Notes under the pieces: model-generated
What the model was told of the DNA's origin: nothing
The model's database searches: none
Seen by the model: only the letters and a program-made list of their open reading frames with translations
Position numbers and translations under genes: made by a program
Shown here: positions 1-12,417 of the stretch, one piece after another
How positions within the stretch are numbered: position 1 is the stretch's first letter
Layout of the letters: the number at the start of each line of letters is the position of its first letter
Origin: Mobula hypostoma
Taxonomy: Eukaryota
DNA: 64,000 bases
Assembly (NCBI RefSeq): GCF_963921235.1
Contig: NC_086107.1
Location: forward strand, 104,286,001-104,350,000
Direction of reading: 5' to 3'

Positions 1-1425
1 ACAATGTTTAAAAGGCATTTGAACTGGTAAATGGAAAGCAAAGGTTTAGAAGGATGTGGGCCAAATGCAGACCAATGAGACTAGCTGAGGATGGCAACTT
101 GGTCATCATGGTCGATTTGGGTCAAAGGTCCTGTTTCCATGCTATATGACTCTGTGATTCTTGAATGTCTCAGAATGGTAAGAGTTATGTATGCAGCAAA
201 GATAAAAACAGAAAATCATCTGATAACGCTCTAGAGAAGGGGGTTAACATCAATGCTGGGATAAACACCAGAGCAGGAATAATCACCCAGATACAGCAAG
301 CACCCAAGCCATTCAGGATCTTGTAGATAGTTGAGAGGTGTTGAGGTGGCAGGAAGTGACCCACTTACCACAAGGTGCCTAACTTTTGCCCTGCTCTTAC
401 AGCCACTGGCAGCTTTCATTCAGTGGTGACCATCCCCACAGGGAGTGGATGCTGGGGGCTCATGAAGACATCCCCATCTCCGAGCAGATTGTTCCCTGGC
501 ACTTGGTTTACTTGTCAACTCCCAGCTTTCTTCCGGACTTCCAGCCCTTTGTTCTATGTTTACACCAAGGTTGTAATGAGGTCTGGAGTTCAATGTCAGA
601 ATTCAGAGTGTGCATCAGTGAAGCAGGCTGTTTTTGAGTGTGTGCTATTAGCGACATCTTCCATCACTTTGTTGACAATTGGGATGGTTAGTTAGATTGT
701 CCTGTTTTTGAGGATGTCGCTAGAACTCAAGGGACTGGATTATAGGGAGAGGTTGGTCAGGCTAATACTCCAGACCATAAGATATAGAAGCAGAATTATG
801 CCATTTGGCCCATCGACTCTGCTCTGTCATTTCATCATCCTGATCCATTTTCCCTCTCAGTTCCAATCTCCTGTCTTCTCCCACTATCCCTTCATGCCAG
901 ACAAATCAAGAATCTATCAACCTCTGCCTTAAATATACCCAATGACTTGGCCTCCACAGCGTTGCATAGGACACTGATCTTATCATCTTAAAGATCATAG
1001 ATACGGACAATGCACACAATTCTTATCCAAGGATTGTGAAGCAAAGAACCAGAGGTCTAAGGTGTGAGGAGCTAGATTTAATGGGAATTAGTACATCAAC
1101 ATCTTCACACAAGGAGTGGCGTGTATATACGGAACAAGCTGCCAGAGAAAGTAGTTGAAGCAGATACAATAGCAATGTTTAAAAGAAATTTGAACAGGAA
1201 TATGGAAAGGAATTTATTTAATTATTGAGATTAAAACACAGAACAGGCCCTTCCAACCCTTCGAGCCACACCCTCCCAACAATCCCCCCATTTAACCCAT
1301 TTAATCACAAGATACTTTACAATGACCAATTAACTGGCAAACCGGTAGGTCTTTGGACTGTGGGAGGAAACCCACGCGGTCACGTGGAGAACGTGCAAAC
1401 CCCTTACAGGCTGCGGCACTTAGAG

Positions 1426-1504
1426 CAGGAGTTCCCAAACTTTTTTAGCCAAGGAACTTTACCATTAACCGAGGGGTCTGTGGAGCCCAGGTTGGGAACC
1501 CCTG
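1426..1504. mobile_element. Short hAT (Charlie-like) MITE; other copies at ~31537-31614, ~55223-55292, 62772-62853
   Basis: CAGGAGTTCCCAA...TTGGGAACCCCTG inverted ends, imperfect 8-bp TSD acttagag/gtttagag. Confidence 0.7.
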
Positions 1505-1904
1505 GTTTAGAGGGATATGGGTCAAATGCAGGCAAGTGGGACTAACTTAGATGGGCATCTTGGCTGGCACAGAGAGACCTATTTTGTGCTCCATGACTTT
1601 ATGTCATAGTTGGAAAACTGTCAATGTATTAACTCCACCGGAGGAGTTCAGTAAGAAGCACCATTTTTTTCCCAATGATGTCTGAATGATGTTGAACGCA
1701 TCGCCCTTGCTGTGTTCATTAGGAATACATGCTGCTTAGACCAGAGAGAGAACATTCCAATGTGAAATGCCTTTCATTTGTACAACTGTTGAACTTTAAT
1801 GTACTTTGAACAGATACATGTGTTCAAAGACACTGGGGAGCTGGTTTTGAAAGCTCTCATGACTCAATCTTTGAAAAACTTCTGTCAAGAATCATTAATA
1901 TTCT

Positions 1905-2105
1905 GTGCTGTTTATATTAAATCCCAACGTCTTGTCAAGTTCAGAAAAGGCCACACTCGATATCAGATCCTACTTGTTTTACAAACTTCTTGAGGACATC
2001 GGCGCTGCGCCAACCTTGCACGCTGGAGAGATGCAGCAACATCTTTACGATGGCGACTTCTTGCTCTTCAAGTCAGCCCCTGTGTTTGAAAGCAACTTCG
2101 TGCAG
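1905..2105 (+). CDS. GARIN/FAM71-like exon A (5' boundary uncertain; first in-frame ATG at 2031)
   Basis: Frame is open from 1899. Ends GTG CAG|GTGAGG (donor at 2106, phase 0). Encodes ...[10 protein letters not shown]. Confidence 0.8.
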
Positions 2106-5100
2106 GTGAGGTGAAAACATCACCACTGAGTGGAGCTCCACTCAGACTGGTCAGTTCTGTAGTCAGTACTCTGTGGGGCATGTTAGAGGTGCTTCTGTAA
2201 TGTACAATGTGAATAAATGTGAAGTCATCCATCTTGATGGGAATATTATTTAAATGGAGGCAGATGGAGAGATAATTCAGATTCAGATGTATTTATCACA
2301 TCTACAGTACTATTCAAAAGTCTTATGTGTGTGTATATATAGCCTTGGACACTTTGCATGGTACTGTAGTAATTTTACATATTGCACTTTATTGCTCCCA
2401 CAAAAAATAAAACCTTTCATGACATACATGAGTAATATTAAACCTCATTCCGATATTAGATTAGATTATGAGGACATGCAGTCCTCTTTTATTGTCATTT
2501 AGTAATGAATGTATTAAGAAATGAAACAATATTCATGCATTACTAAATGACAATAAAAGAGAACTGTGTGTCATAATCTAATCTAATATCAGAATAATCT
2601 ATTCTAATATGGGTCTCTATTGTGGACTGAGAGTGGGAAGGGGGCAGAGAGAGGGGAATCATGGTTGGGAAAAGGGGAGGGAGTGAGAAGCATTAGAGAG
2701 ACATTCTGTAATGATCAATAACCCAATTGTTCGGAATCAAATGACCCTGCCTGTGTCTCAGGGCTGGGTGCATCTGTGCCTGCACCACCTTGCAACCCTG
2801 GCACTCCTCTGCCACCTGTTCCACTCCCCTCCCGCGGCACTCCACCCTCACCGTTCCCAGCACCCTTTGCCCCCACCAGGTTTACAAACTTGATCTCCAC
2901 TCCACGTTGACAAACGTGTAAAAGCCTTAGGCACCCTGGCTAGATATAGATGTGCCTAAGACTTTTGCACAGCACTGTACGTCAGGGCATACAGTGAAAT
3001 GCATCATTTGTGTTAGCACCAACACACTGAAGGATTTGCTGGGGGAAGCCCGCAAGTGTCGGCCCACATGCCGGTGCCAACAAACTGTAGCGTGTCCTCA
3101 GTGCTCGGCAGAACCACACAGAACACAGCAAGCAACAAAACAACAACAGCAACACAAACTCCTGTGCTCTCTCCCATCCACCCGCCCACACACAGACAGT
3201 CCTCCAGCTCTAGGACAGGCCCCCAGGCTTTGGCCGTCAGGCTTCAAACTAGATACTGATGTACAAAAATGGCTGAATGGCCTTGGGCACCATTCACTGA
3301 AGGCAAACCTGCAGGTGCAGAGACCAATGAAGAAGCAAAGGTGAGCTAGTCATTTCTGCAAGAACATTTGCATGCAGTTGCAGGAATGTCCTGCTACAAT
3401 TATACAAGGTTTTGGTGGGACCACACCTGGATTACCTGGTACAGTTTTGGTCTTTGTATGTCTGCAAGGATGTTTGTCTTTCACTCTGTGCTAAATTTCA
3501 GCACAAGATCTCTCATAGGGGCAGTCCACAAGTGTCTGTCATCTACACAGGATGCCCACTACTCATTTTTGGAGTGTGGGAGGAAACCAGAGCACTCGGA
3601 AGAAACCCTCACGGTCATGGGGAGAACCCCTTAGAGGCAGTGGAGGGAACTGAAACCTAGTTGCTGGTGCTCGTCACTAGGTTGCCGTGCCTGGGACTTG
3701 GTGGGTGAGGGGATTTAAGTGGCCACTGGAAAAGTTTCAGTCATCTTCGGGAAGGATTGGGATCTGAGTGAGGGAGAGGATGGGGTTTGTGACAGAAAGT
3801 TGGGCGGGAGAGTCAGTGAAGGGAGACAGATGATGTTGGTGTCTCCATGGACGCAGACCAACGGGTGTAAGCAGTCACCATCCAGTTTCACTGCAAAGCA
3901 TCTTCGGGTGGCTGCTGTCCGGTCTTCTCCAACCAACACCAAGTCAAGTCAAGTCAAGTCAAGTTTATTGTCATTTTTTAACTATATACATGTATACTGT
4001 CAAATGAGGCAATGTTTCTCTGCACCAGGGTGTAAAGCACTGTAGTACACATAACACATGATGACTTAGGAAAGTAGGAATTAAATCTACAAATTAATTA
4101 CACATCGATAGACGAAGTAAAGTGCATAAGTTGCAGGTAAATGGTATTTGAAAGTTGAGGAAGGTAAATGCAATGTTGGTATTCATTTCAAGAGGACTAG
4201 AATATAAAAGCAAGGCAGTAATGCTGAGGCTTTACAAGGCACTGGTGAGGCCTCACTTGGAGTATTTTGAGCAGTTTTGGGCCTCTTATTGAAGAAAGGG
4301 TGTGCTGACATTGGAGAGGGTTCAAAGGAGGTTCACAAGAATGATTTCAGGAATGAAAGATTTATTGTGTGAGGAGCAATTGAAGGCTTTGGACCTGTAC
4401 TCACTGGAATTTAGAAGAGTGAGGAGGGGTCCTCATTGAAACCCATTGAATATTGAAAGGCCTCGATAGAGTGGATGTGGAGAGGCTTTTTTCCTATGGT
4501 GGGGGAGTCTAGGACCAGAGGGCACTGCATCAGGATAGGGGGAAGTCCATTTACATCAGAGGTGAGGAGGAATTTCTTGAGCCAGAGTGAAATTCATTGC
4601 CACAGCCAGCTGTGGAGGCCAGATCACTGGGTGTATTTAAGGCAGAGGTTGATAGGTTCTTGATTAGTCAGGATGTGTGGAAGGTTTGGTGGGAAAGGCA
4701 GGAGAATGGGGTTGAGAGGGAAATGGATTAACCATGATGAAATGGCAGTGTGAACTCGATGAACCGAATGGTCTAATTCTAATCCTATGTCTTATGGGCT
4801 AAGCAGGTAACCTGGTTGGCCTCAAACAACAATTCTTTTCCTCTCACAGGGACCCACCGGGTTTATCCAACACCTGCAGTCTCTGTGTCTCTATTCAACC
4901 TGCGAACACCATCTCGTTATTTCTTTTCCTTTTCATTCTGCATTGATTTTTGAAAATTTTTCTAATGGTTTTGCACTCTACTACCGTTGCAGAACAACAA
5001 AATTCATGTCATATAAGTCAACAGTAATAAATCTGATTTCGAGACTAACACAGTAATTGTGCTTGCTTTACAATGGCTGACGTAGAAGAATAGTTGGACT

Positions 5101-8100
5101 TTGGATTTTATCCAGTACCACACTAGACTTGTCTGCTTTTCTGCCACAACCCAAACAGAATATTAACTCAAATGACAAAAGTTCAAGGGATTTCAGATGT
5201 ACTGGTATGTATACTCCATGGACTCTTTATTAGGTACGCCTGAACACCTACTTTTTATCTAATCAGCCAATCGTGTGGCAGCATAAAAGCATGCAGACGT
5301 GGTCAAGAGGTTCAGCTGTTGTTCAGACCAAACAATAGAATAGGCAAGAAATGGTGACTTTAACCACGGAATGATTGTTGGTGCCAGATGGGGTGGTTTG
5401 AGTACCTCAGAAACTACTGATAACCTGGGATTTTCACACACAGCAGTCTCTAAAATTTACAGAGAATGGTGCAAAAAACATCCATTGCTATACATGTGGG
5501 TGAAAACGCCTTGTTAATGAGCGGTCAGAGGAGAATAGTCAGACTGGTTCAAGCTGACAGGAAGGTGACAGTAACTCAAATAACTATGTGTTACAACAGT
5601 GATGTGCAGGGTGTCATCTATGAACACACAACACGTTGACCTCGAAAAGGATGGGCTACAGCAGCAGAAGACCATGAATATACACTCAGTGGCTACTTTA
5701 TTATGCACAGGAGGTATCTAATAAAGTGGCCACTTAGTGTATGTTGCCTGGGCATTCTTTACTTTGTCCATTGTGTTATTAATTGTCAAAGATCTGAAGA
5801 TTTAATTCATACAAACATAAATTAAATGTCCAGTTTTAATCTGCAAATGAAAGCAACACACAACATTATAAAACACTCAAAGAGTTTTGAAAGATTTTTG
5901 AAGCGGAGGCTGCTATATAAGTGCCAATCTTGTTGTAATTACAGGTTAGTAAAAAGGGGCATGTGAGTGATATCCATCATCGAGTTACCGTGGTAACGAT
6001 GGGAGTCACCTCCACAGACCCCACACTCTATACCCCAGATGTTTTGCTAATCGCTCGGCCCAGTGACCAACAACTGCAGGTATTCAACAGAAACCTGAAG
6101 CAAATCTCACCTTCAGGGTCCAAGCTCCCGACAGGCATCGACAGCCCTTTACAACTGCTGAGGTAAGATGCTCGGTTAAGTTGATTGTTCTGCACTCTGA
6201 ACACACCCGTCTATGTTATTCACATCCTGCCCTTGCACAGATCCCAAATTTGTCCTAGTCCTAGGATATTAAATATCAAAGGGTTTCAAAGTCAAAGTAA
6301 ATGTTATTATCAAAATACATATGTGTTACCATAATCAACCCTGAGGTTCATTTTCCTGTGGGCATACTCAGCAAATCTATAGAATAGTAACTGTGACAGG
6401 ATTAATGAAAGATCAACCAGAGTGCAGAAGACAACAAGCTGTGCAAATGCAAATATAAATAAATAGCAATAAATAACGAGAACATGAAATAACAAGGTAA
6501 AGGGTCCTTAAAGTGAGATCATCTCAATGGATAGGCATGAGTGCAGTTAGCCTCTTTTGTTCAAGAGCCTGATGGTTGAGGGGTAGTAATTGTTCTTGAA
6601 CCTGGTGGCATGAGTCCTGAGGCTCTTGTACCTTCTACCTGATGGCAGCAGTGAGAAGAGAGCATGTTCTGGGAGGTGGGGATCTCTGATGATGGATGCT
6701 GCTTTCCTATGACACGTAGATGTGGTCAAAGGTTAGGAGCGCTTTGCCCATGATGTACTGGACTGAATCCACTACCTTGTGATAGGATTTTCTCTGTTCA
6801 CCACTACCTTTTGCAGGTTTCAACCTGGTTATGGTCACCTCTGGACACTATGACCTGCATCCAAACATTGCCACTGTCTCCCTTTAAACAATCTCGACTC
6901 CTGATGAGCGTGGCCAGACTGTCTCTGAATCCCAGCTTGAATGAGGACCACAAGAAACCTCATCAGCCGGCACAGAATCACTCCTTGAAAAGACCATAAG
7001 GTATAGGGGCAGAATTAGGCCATTTGGCCCATTGAGTCTGCTCCACTACTTCATCATGGGTGATCCAGTTTTCTTCTTTGCCCCAATCTCCTGCCTTCTT
7101 CCCTTATCCCTCCATGCCCTGACCAGAATCAGGTTTATTATCACCGGCATGTGGCATGAAATTTGTTAACTTAGCAGCAGTTCAATGCAATGCATAATCT
7201 AGCAAAGAGAAAAAAAAAATAATAATAATAAATAAAATCTTAAAAATAAGTAAATCAATTATGGTATACGTATATTGAATAGATTTTTAAAAATATGCAA
7301 AATCAGAAATAGTGAGGTAGTGTCCAAAAAAGTGAGGTAGTGTCCAAAGATTCAATGTCCATTTAGGAATTGGATGGCAGAGGGGAAGAAGCCGTTCCTG
7401 AATCACTGAGTGTGTGCCTTCAGGCTTCTGTACCTCCTACCTGAATGGTAACAGTGAGAAAAGGGCATGCCCTGGGTGCTGGGGGTCCTTAATAATGGAC
7501 GTTGCCTTTCTGAGACACCGCCCCCTGAAGATGTCCTGGGTACTTAGTAGGCTAGTACCCAAGTTGGAGCTGACTAGGTTTACAACCTTCTGCAGCATCT
7601 TTCGGTCCTGTGCAGTAGCCCCTCCATACCAGACAGTGATGCAGCCTGTCAGAATGCTCTCCACAGTACAACTATAGAAGTTTTTGAGTGTATTTGTTGA
7701 CATGCCAAATCTCCTCAAACTCCTAATAAAGTATAGCCACTGTCTTGCCCCTTTGTAACTACATCAATATGTTGGGACCAGGTTAGATCCTCAGAAATCT
7801 TGACACCCAAGAATCTGAAACTGCTCACTCTCTCCACTTCTGTTCCCTCTATGAGGATTGTTATGTGTTCCTTCGTCTTACCCTTCCTGAAGTCTACAAT
7901 CAGCTCTTTCGTCTTACTGACGTTGAGTGCCAGGTTATTGCTGCAACACCACTCCACTAGTTAGTATACCTCACTCCTGTATACCCTCTCATCACCACCT
8001 GAGATTCTACCAACAATGGTTGTATCATCAGCAAATTTGTAGATGGTATTTGAGCTATGCAGTCATGTGTGTACAGAGAGTAGAGCAGTGGGCTAAGCAC

Positions 8101-11100
8101 ACACCCCTGAGGTGCACCAGTGTTGATCGTCAGCGAGGAGGATATGTTATCACCAATCCACACAGATTGTGGTTTTCCGGTTAGGAAGTCGAGGATCCAA
8201 TTGCAGAGGGAGGTACAGAGGCTCAGGTTCTGTAGCTTCTCAATCAAGGTTGTGGGAATGATGGTATTAAATGTTGAGCCATAGTCGATGAACAGCATCC
8301 TGACGTAGGTGTTTGTGTTGTCCAGGTGGTCTGAAGCTGTGTGGAGAGCTATTGAGATTGTGTCTGCTGTTGACCTATTGTGGCGATAGGCAAACTGCAA
8401 TGGATCCAGGTCTTTGCTGAGGCAGAAGTTCAGTCTAGTCAAGACCAACCTCTGAACCACTGGGACATTGGAATGTCACTAAGACACCAAGGTTTCAAAC
8501 ACCTTGGGTGAGTGTTCTCTGTCAATCCCAAGCGAGAACTTCCCCTCAGGCATGAGGTGCTGCTGCCCCAAGACAATGGCTGCTGCCCGCTGGTATGCTG
8601 TCACCTCATGAGTGAGGTGGGGTTCCTGAGTCCTTGGACACAGGCTGCCATAAATGAGAGGTTGGTGTGAGAGGCTTGTCGGGCCTGAGAGACAGCCCTG
8701 ATTGGATGGGGTCCAGCTGAAATAGATCCCCGCCCATGTGGGGTTGCATATTTGACGGTCAAGTCAATGTCCAACATCTCAGAAGTCTACTGCAGCTTGG
8801 TCATCTCCACTGTATCTGCCATAGAGGAAGGCCCTAGACTGAGCTTCTCATTTCCGCTTGCTGCTTCTGAATGGTCATCCTCATTGAGGGATCAGAAGTG
8901 GAAAGAGTGAGCAATTTCAATTTCCTGGGTGTCAACATCTCTGAGGATCTATCCTGGGCCCGACATATCAATGCAGCTACTAAGAAGCCATGACAGCGGC
9001 TATATTTCATTCAGAGTTTGAGGAGAATCGCTATGTCACCAAAGACACTTGCAACTTTCTACAGATGTACTGTGGAGAGCATTCCAACTGGTTGCATCAC
9101 CAAATGGTAAGGAGGGGCCACTGCACAGGATTGGAAAAGGCTGCAGAAAGTTGTAAACTCAGCCAGAACCATCATGGGCACCAGCCTTCCCAACATCCAG
9201 GCCACCTTCAAAAGGTGACACACAAAGAGGTAGCATTCATCAGTAAGAACCCCCAACACCCAGGACATGTTCCTTTCTCATTGCCACCATCAAGGAGGAA
9301 GTATAGGAGCCTGAAGACAAATAAAATGAAGTGAGGCATTTGATGTTCAATGAAATCCGTAACACATTTTGTTGAACTCCAAAACTTACACACAAAAGCA
9401 TGCTAAAACTCTTTACCTAATAATGTCATCACGTCACTTTTCTTAAAGTGAAACCCCATCTCAATGTCAGTGGTTATGATCTATGTACATTTCTCCCAAT
9501 ACGTTACTGTAAACACATAATCAGTGTTTCAGGAACAGCTTCTTCCCCTCCTCCAACAGATTCCTGATCTTTTTGCACGACTTACTTACCTTATTTTTTA
9601 ATATATAACTGTACTTCATATTGTGATTTATAGTTTTTATTATTATGTGTTGGAATGTACTGCTGCTGCAAACCAACTAATTTCACGACATATGCCAGTG
9701 ATCTTAAACTTGATTCTGAATCTGACCTCCAGTCATCTCCATGAATGTCCAGCTTATCCGTATATCGTGTTAGTCTCCCGCCTGTTACACCGCTGGTGTT
9801 TAGGGCAGCAGTGAAGGTCCTCAATCTCTGGCGGTGTTCGGGGCTTCCTTCATTGTGTCAATAGCTTCCTCTTGATTTTCACTGATGTCACTCCCGGATG
9901 GAGACTCAGGGATACTGCCGCGCTCAGATGTAGAAGGATTCTTCATTGCCAGTTCCGTAACAGTTTAGTTTGACCAATCACCTGAACCCCTGAGCCTGGA
10001 GGACCAGTGGACGATTCTTAGCCTGGCCTCTACCCTTTGACCTGTTTGGCATGGATGACCTTACCCAGAGCTAAAGCATAAAGTCCTGACCCCCGCCAAT
10101 ATAGCTCTCCGGGTCATTGAGGCACGCAAACCTTCAAACCCTACAACAAGGTTGTGGTCCTCTTGGAGGATATTCACATATACCGGATCTTAAAGGTAAT
10201 CCATTAGATATGATCCAGTGACCAGTTCACCCAACAGAATCTCCTTGGGAAACCAGCCATCTAATGGATTTGACCAATTCACACCACACATCACCAGATC
10301 ACTGACTTCATAATGAATGTGCGTTTATGTAATTTACAGGCTCCACAATCTCTTGGTCTGGCAGGAGATGTGGTAACTGGGTAACTGGTTTATTACTATC
10401 ACGTGTACTGAGACAGCTTTTGGTTGCATGCGATGCAGAATCACTGAGGTTGTAGACAGGGGGATAGAACAGAAGGTAGAGTACAGTATTCCAGTTACGG
10501 AGAAAGTGCAGGCAGACAAAGGAAGTGTTGGGGTCACGCTGAGGTAGATTGGGAGATCAAGAGCTCAATCTTTAGTTGTATGAGAAGTTCATTCAAGAGT
10601 CTGATAACAATGGGGTAAATACTTCTCTTGTGCCTGATGGTACATGCTTTTTTATCTTCTGCCAAATGAGGAGGGGGGTAGAAGAGAGAATGACCAGGAT
10701 AGAAGTGGCCTGCTGATTCAAATAGGAAATGGTTGGATCAGTTGGAAGAACTCTTGGGTTATTTGGAAGGACATATTGGCCAGAGTTCCTGGACTAGATT
10801 CAGCATAAACTGGGCCAGAGACACAAGAGACTGCAGATGCTGGAATTTCCAGCAACCCAAAAGGCACTGGAGGAAGTTGGGTTGACATTAGGATTAGTTG
10901 TCAGTGATACTTCCCGGGATCAAGTTTTCCATGCCAAGTGCTGTATGAATGTGGAGATAGTGTGTGTGTGAAGCAAGACCTCAGTTGGGGAGAAACTGGA
11001 TGGTGGTTGACCAAGTTGGTCCTGGGCCAAGTAGACATGAGCTCATGATGGGTCCCTGTATATTCTCCAGGTCTATGTGTCTATTCCCTGCAAGCCTTTA

Positions 11101-11325
11101 AATCCTTTCCCCCTGATTCCTAGACTTTTTCCTCTGAAGCTGATGAAGATCTCTATCTACGACAAGAAGAACCGTCGACTGCGGCTGAAGCTGGTGTCAC
11201 ACAAGTCCTTCTACCTTCAGCTCACCGGCGTGGATTCCAGGTTTGAGGATGAGATGTTCCAGCACTGGGTGAAGTTAGTGCAACACATCTACCCACGAGG
11301 GGCAGCAGGCAGCACCCAGCCATGA
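2031..11325 (+). CDS. GARIN/FAM71-family (Golgi-associated RAB2 interactor, DUF3699) gene, 3 coding exons; GARIN5A/FAM71E1-like
   Basis: Exons (1905-)2031-2105, 5945-6162 and 11124-11325 join in frame (75+218+202=495 nt, 164 aa from ATG 2031) with GT-AG sites. Translation [66 protein letters not shown]...[38 protein letters not shown]...FQHWVKLV matches the FAM71 core motifs as recalled ([85 protein letters not shown].YLQL). The true start is uncertain. Confidence 0.88.
4150..4797 (+). mobile_element. CR1 LINE 3' fragment
   Basis: Degenerate [15 protein letters not shown]...[15 protein letters not shown]-terminus plus CR1 3' UTR. Confidence 0.85.
5212..5739 (+). mobile_element. Non-autonomous Tc1/mariner-derived element
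   Basis: Degenerate TIRs of type CACTCAGTGGCCACTTTATTAGGTAC at both ends, TA flanks. Same family as 62518-63130. Confidence 0.7.
5945..6162 (+). CDS. GARIN/FAM71-like exon B
   Basis: Acceptor ttgtaattacag|GTT, donor CTG AG|GTAAGA, phase 0 to 2. Encodes [39 protein letters not shown]... Confidence 0.9.
5984..5997. promoter_or_regulatory. RFX X-box consensus inside GARIN-like exon B
   Basis: GTTACCGTGGTAAC fits GTNRCC(N0-3)RGYAAC. Function not shown. Confidence 0.35.
6284..6790 (-). mobile_element. Rex1/Babar-type 3' fragment
   Basis: [48 protein letters not shown]. Confidence 0.8.
7126..8455 (-). mobile_element. Rex1/Babar LINE 3' portion (RT)
   Basis: [13 protein letters not shown]...[16 protein letters not shown]...CNWILDFLT...[39 protein letters not shown]; frameshifted. 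Confidence 0.88.
8875..9725 (+). mobile_element. Rex1/Babar-type 3' fragment (interrupted)
   Basis: Degenerate match to the element at 7126-8455 ([41 protein letters not shown]). Confidence 0.75.
11124..11325 (+). CDS. GARIN/FAM71-like terminal coding exon C
   Basis: Acceptor cctttccccctgattcctag|A completes an AGA codon. Encodes [23 protein letters not shown]...; TGA at 11323-11325. Confidence 0.88.
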
Positions 11326-11495
11326 GCAGCCTGGGGTTAGCCCCGCCTCACCACTGACTGTACACCACCTATCTCACACATGGCTTCTTGGATCACCTGT
11401 CACCCGGAGAATCTCTGAGCCACTGTCTCTGCTCTCACACCCAACAGGTCGGAGAGTCAGACCAACACTGGAAGCCAAAGAGAATGAAAGAGAAA

Positions 11496-11501
11496 AATAA
11501 A
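11496..11501 (+). promoter_or_regulatory. Putative polyadenylation signal of the GARIN-like gene
   Basis: AATAAA 171 nt after the stop, followed by GT/T-rich sequence at ~11570-11610. Confidence 0.6.
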
Positions 11502-11613
11502 ATTTATAAATGATTTATAACTCCACATGTGGGATATGTGGCTCCTTGGGTCTGGTGGCCAGAAGGTATCTGGTTGTTGTGAAACACTTTGTGGTTTATT
11601 TTGTTTCTGGTTA

Positions 11614-12417
11614 CATTGCACAACAAATTTTTTCAAAAGTGCTGCTTCCTCATAATTTTTTTTTGTTTATGATAGACCACTTAAAGCCGAACACAAATAT
11701 AATTTCAGATTACTTGTATCACGTAGGAATTTGGAGAAACAATAAATCAGCTTTTATTGAATATAATGCATTTAATTGCATAATGGTACTGACGCTTTGC
11801 AGTAGTTCAACTAAGTTAAAAATGTTTTGTTGATGATTTTCATTTGTACTCAGTGTCTGAGGCTTCGTGCTTAAGTGTCCAACAATAATCAGCCAGTATT
11901 GATGGGTTCCAGTTGCCCCGATACCGCTTCTCCATGATCGCAATGTCCTGGTGAAACCTTTCACCATGCTCGTCACTGACAGCGCCAGTATATGCAGGGA
12001 CGAAGTTTAAATGGGAATGCAGAAAATGAATCTTTAATGACATGTTGCACTTCATGGTTTTATAAGCTTGAAGCATGTTGTCAACCAGCTGCCCATAGTT
12101 TGTGCTCTGTAGTTGCCAAGAAAATTTTCAGCAACATCTGTGAATGCCTTCCATGCAATTTTCTCTGGTCCCACTAGAAGTTGTTTGAATTGCCTGTCAT
12201 TGCTGACCTGATTGATTTGTGGATCAACAAGAATGCCTTCCTTAATCTTGGCATCGGTTGTTCTGACTTGAATTATGAACTGCAATAACAAATATAGGCA
12301 ATTTTTTAAATGGTGTGCGATAGGGAAATTTCAAAGTAACTTTCATGACCAGCAGCCCAAAATCCATAAGATACACCCCTGAAAGTATTCAGGAAGTGAA
12401 ATCTTTATTGTCCAGTG
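11614..12417 (-). mobile_element. Chapaev3 (CMC superfamily) DNA transposon, internally deleted
   Basis: Termini CATTGCACAACAAA...TTTATTGTCCAGTG flanked by a TTA 3-bp TSD (11611-13, 12418-20). Frameshifted transposase C-terminus AKIKEGILVDPQI...NFLGNY / MKCNMSLKIHFLHSHLNFVPAYTGAVSDEHGERFHQDIAIMEKRYRGNWNPSILADYCWTL. Confidence 0.85.

Noticed and set aside
1799..1993. 64-aa ORF just upstream of and overlapping GARIN exon A
   Set aside because: It is in a different frame, stops at 1993 and has no recognisable similarity. It could be a uORF or noise, so I do not call it coding.
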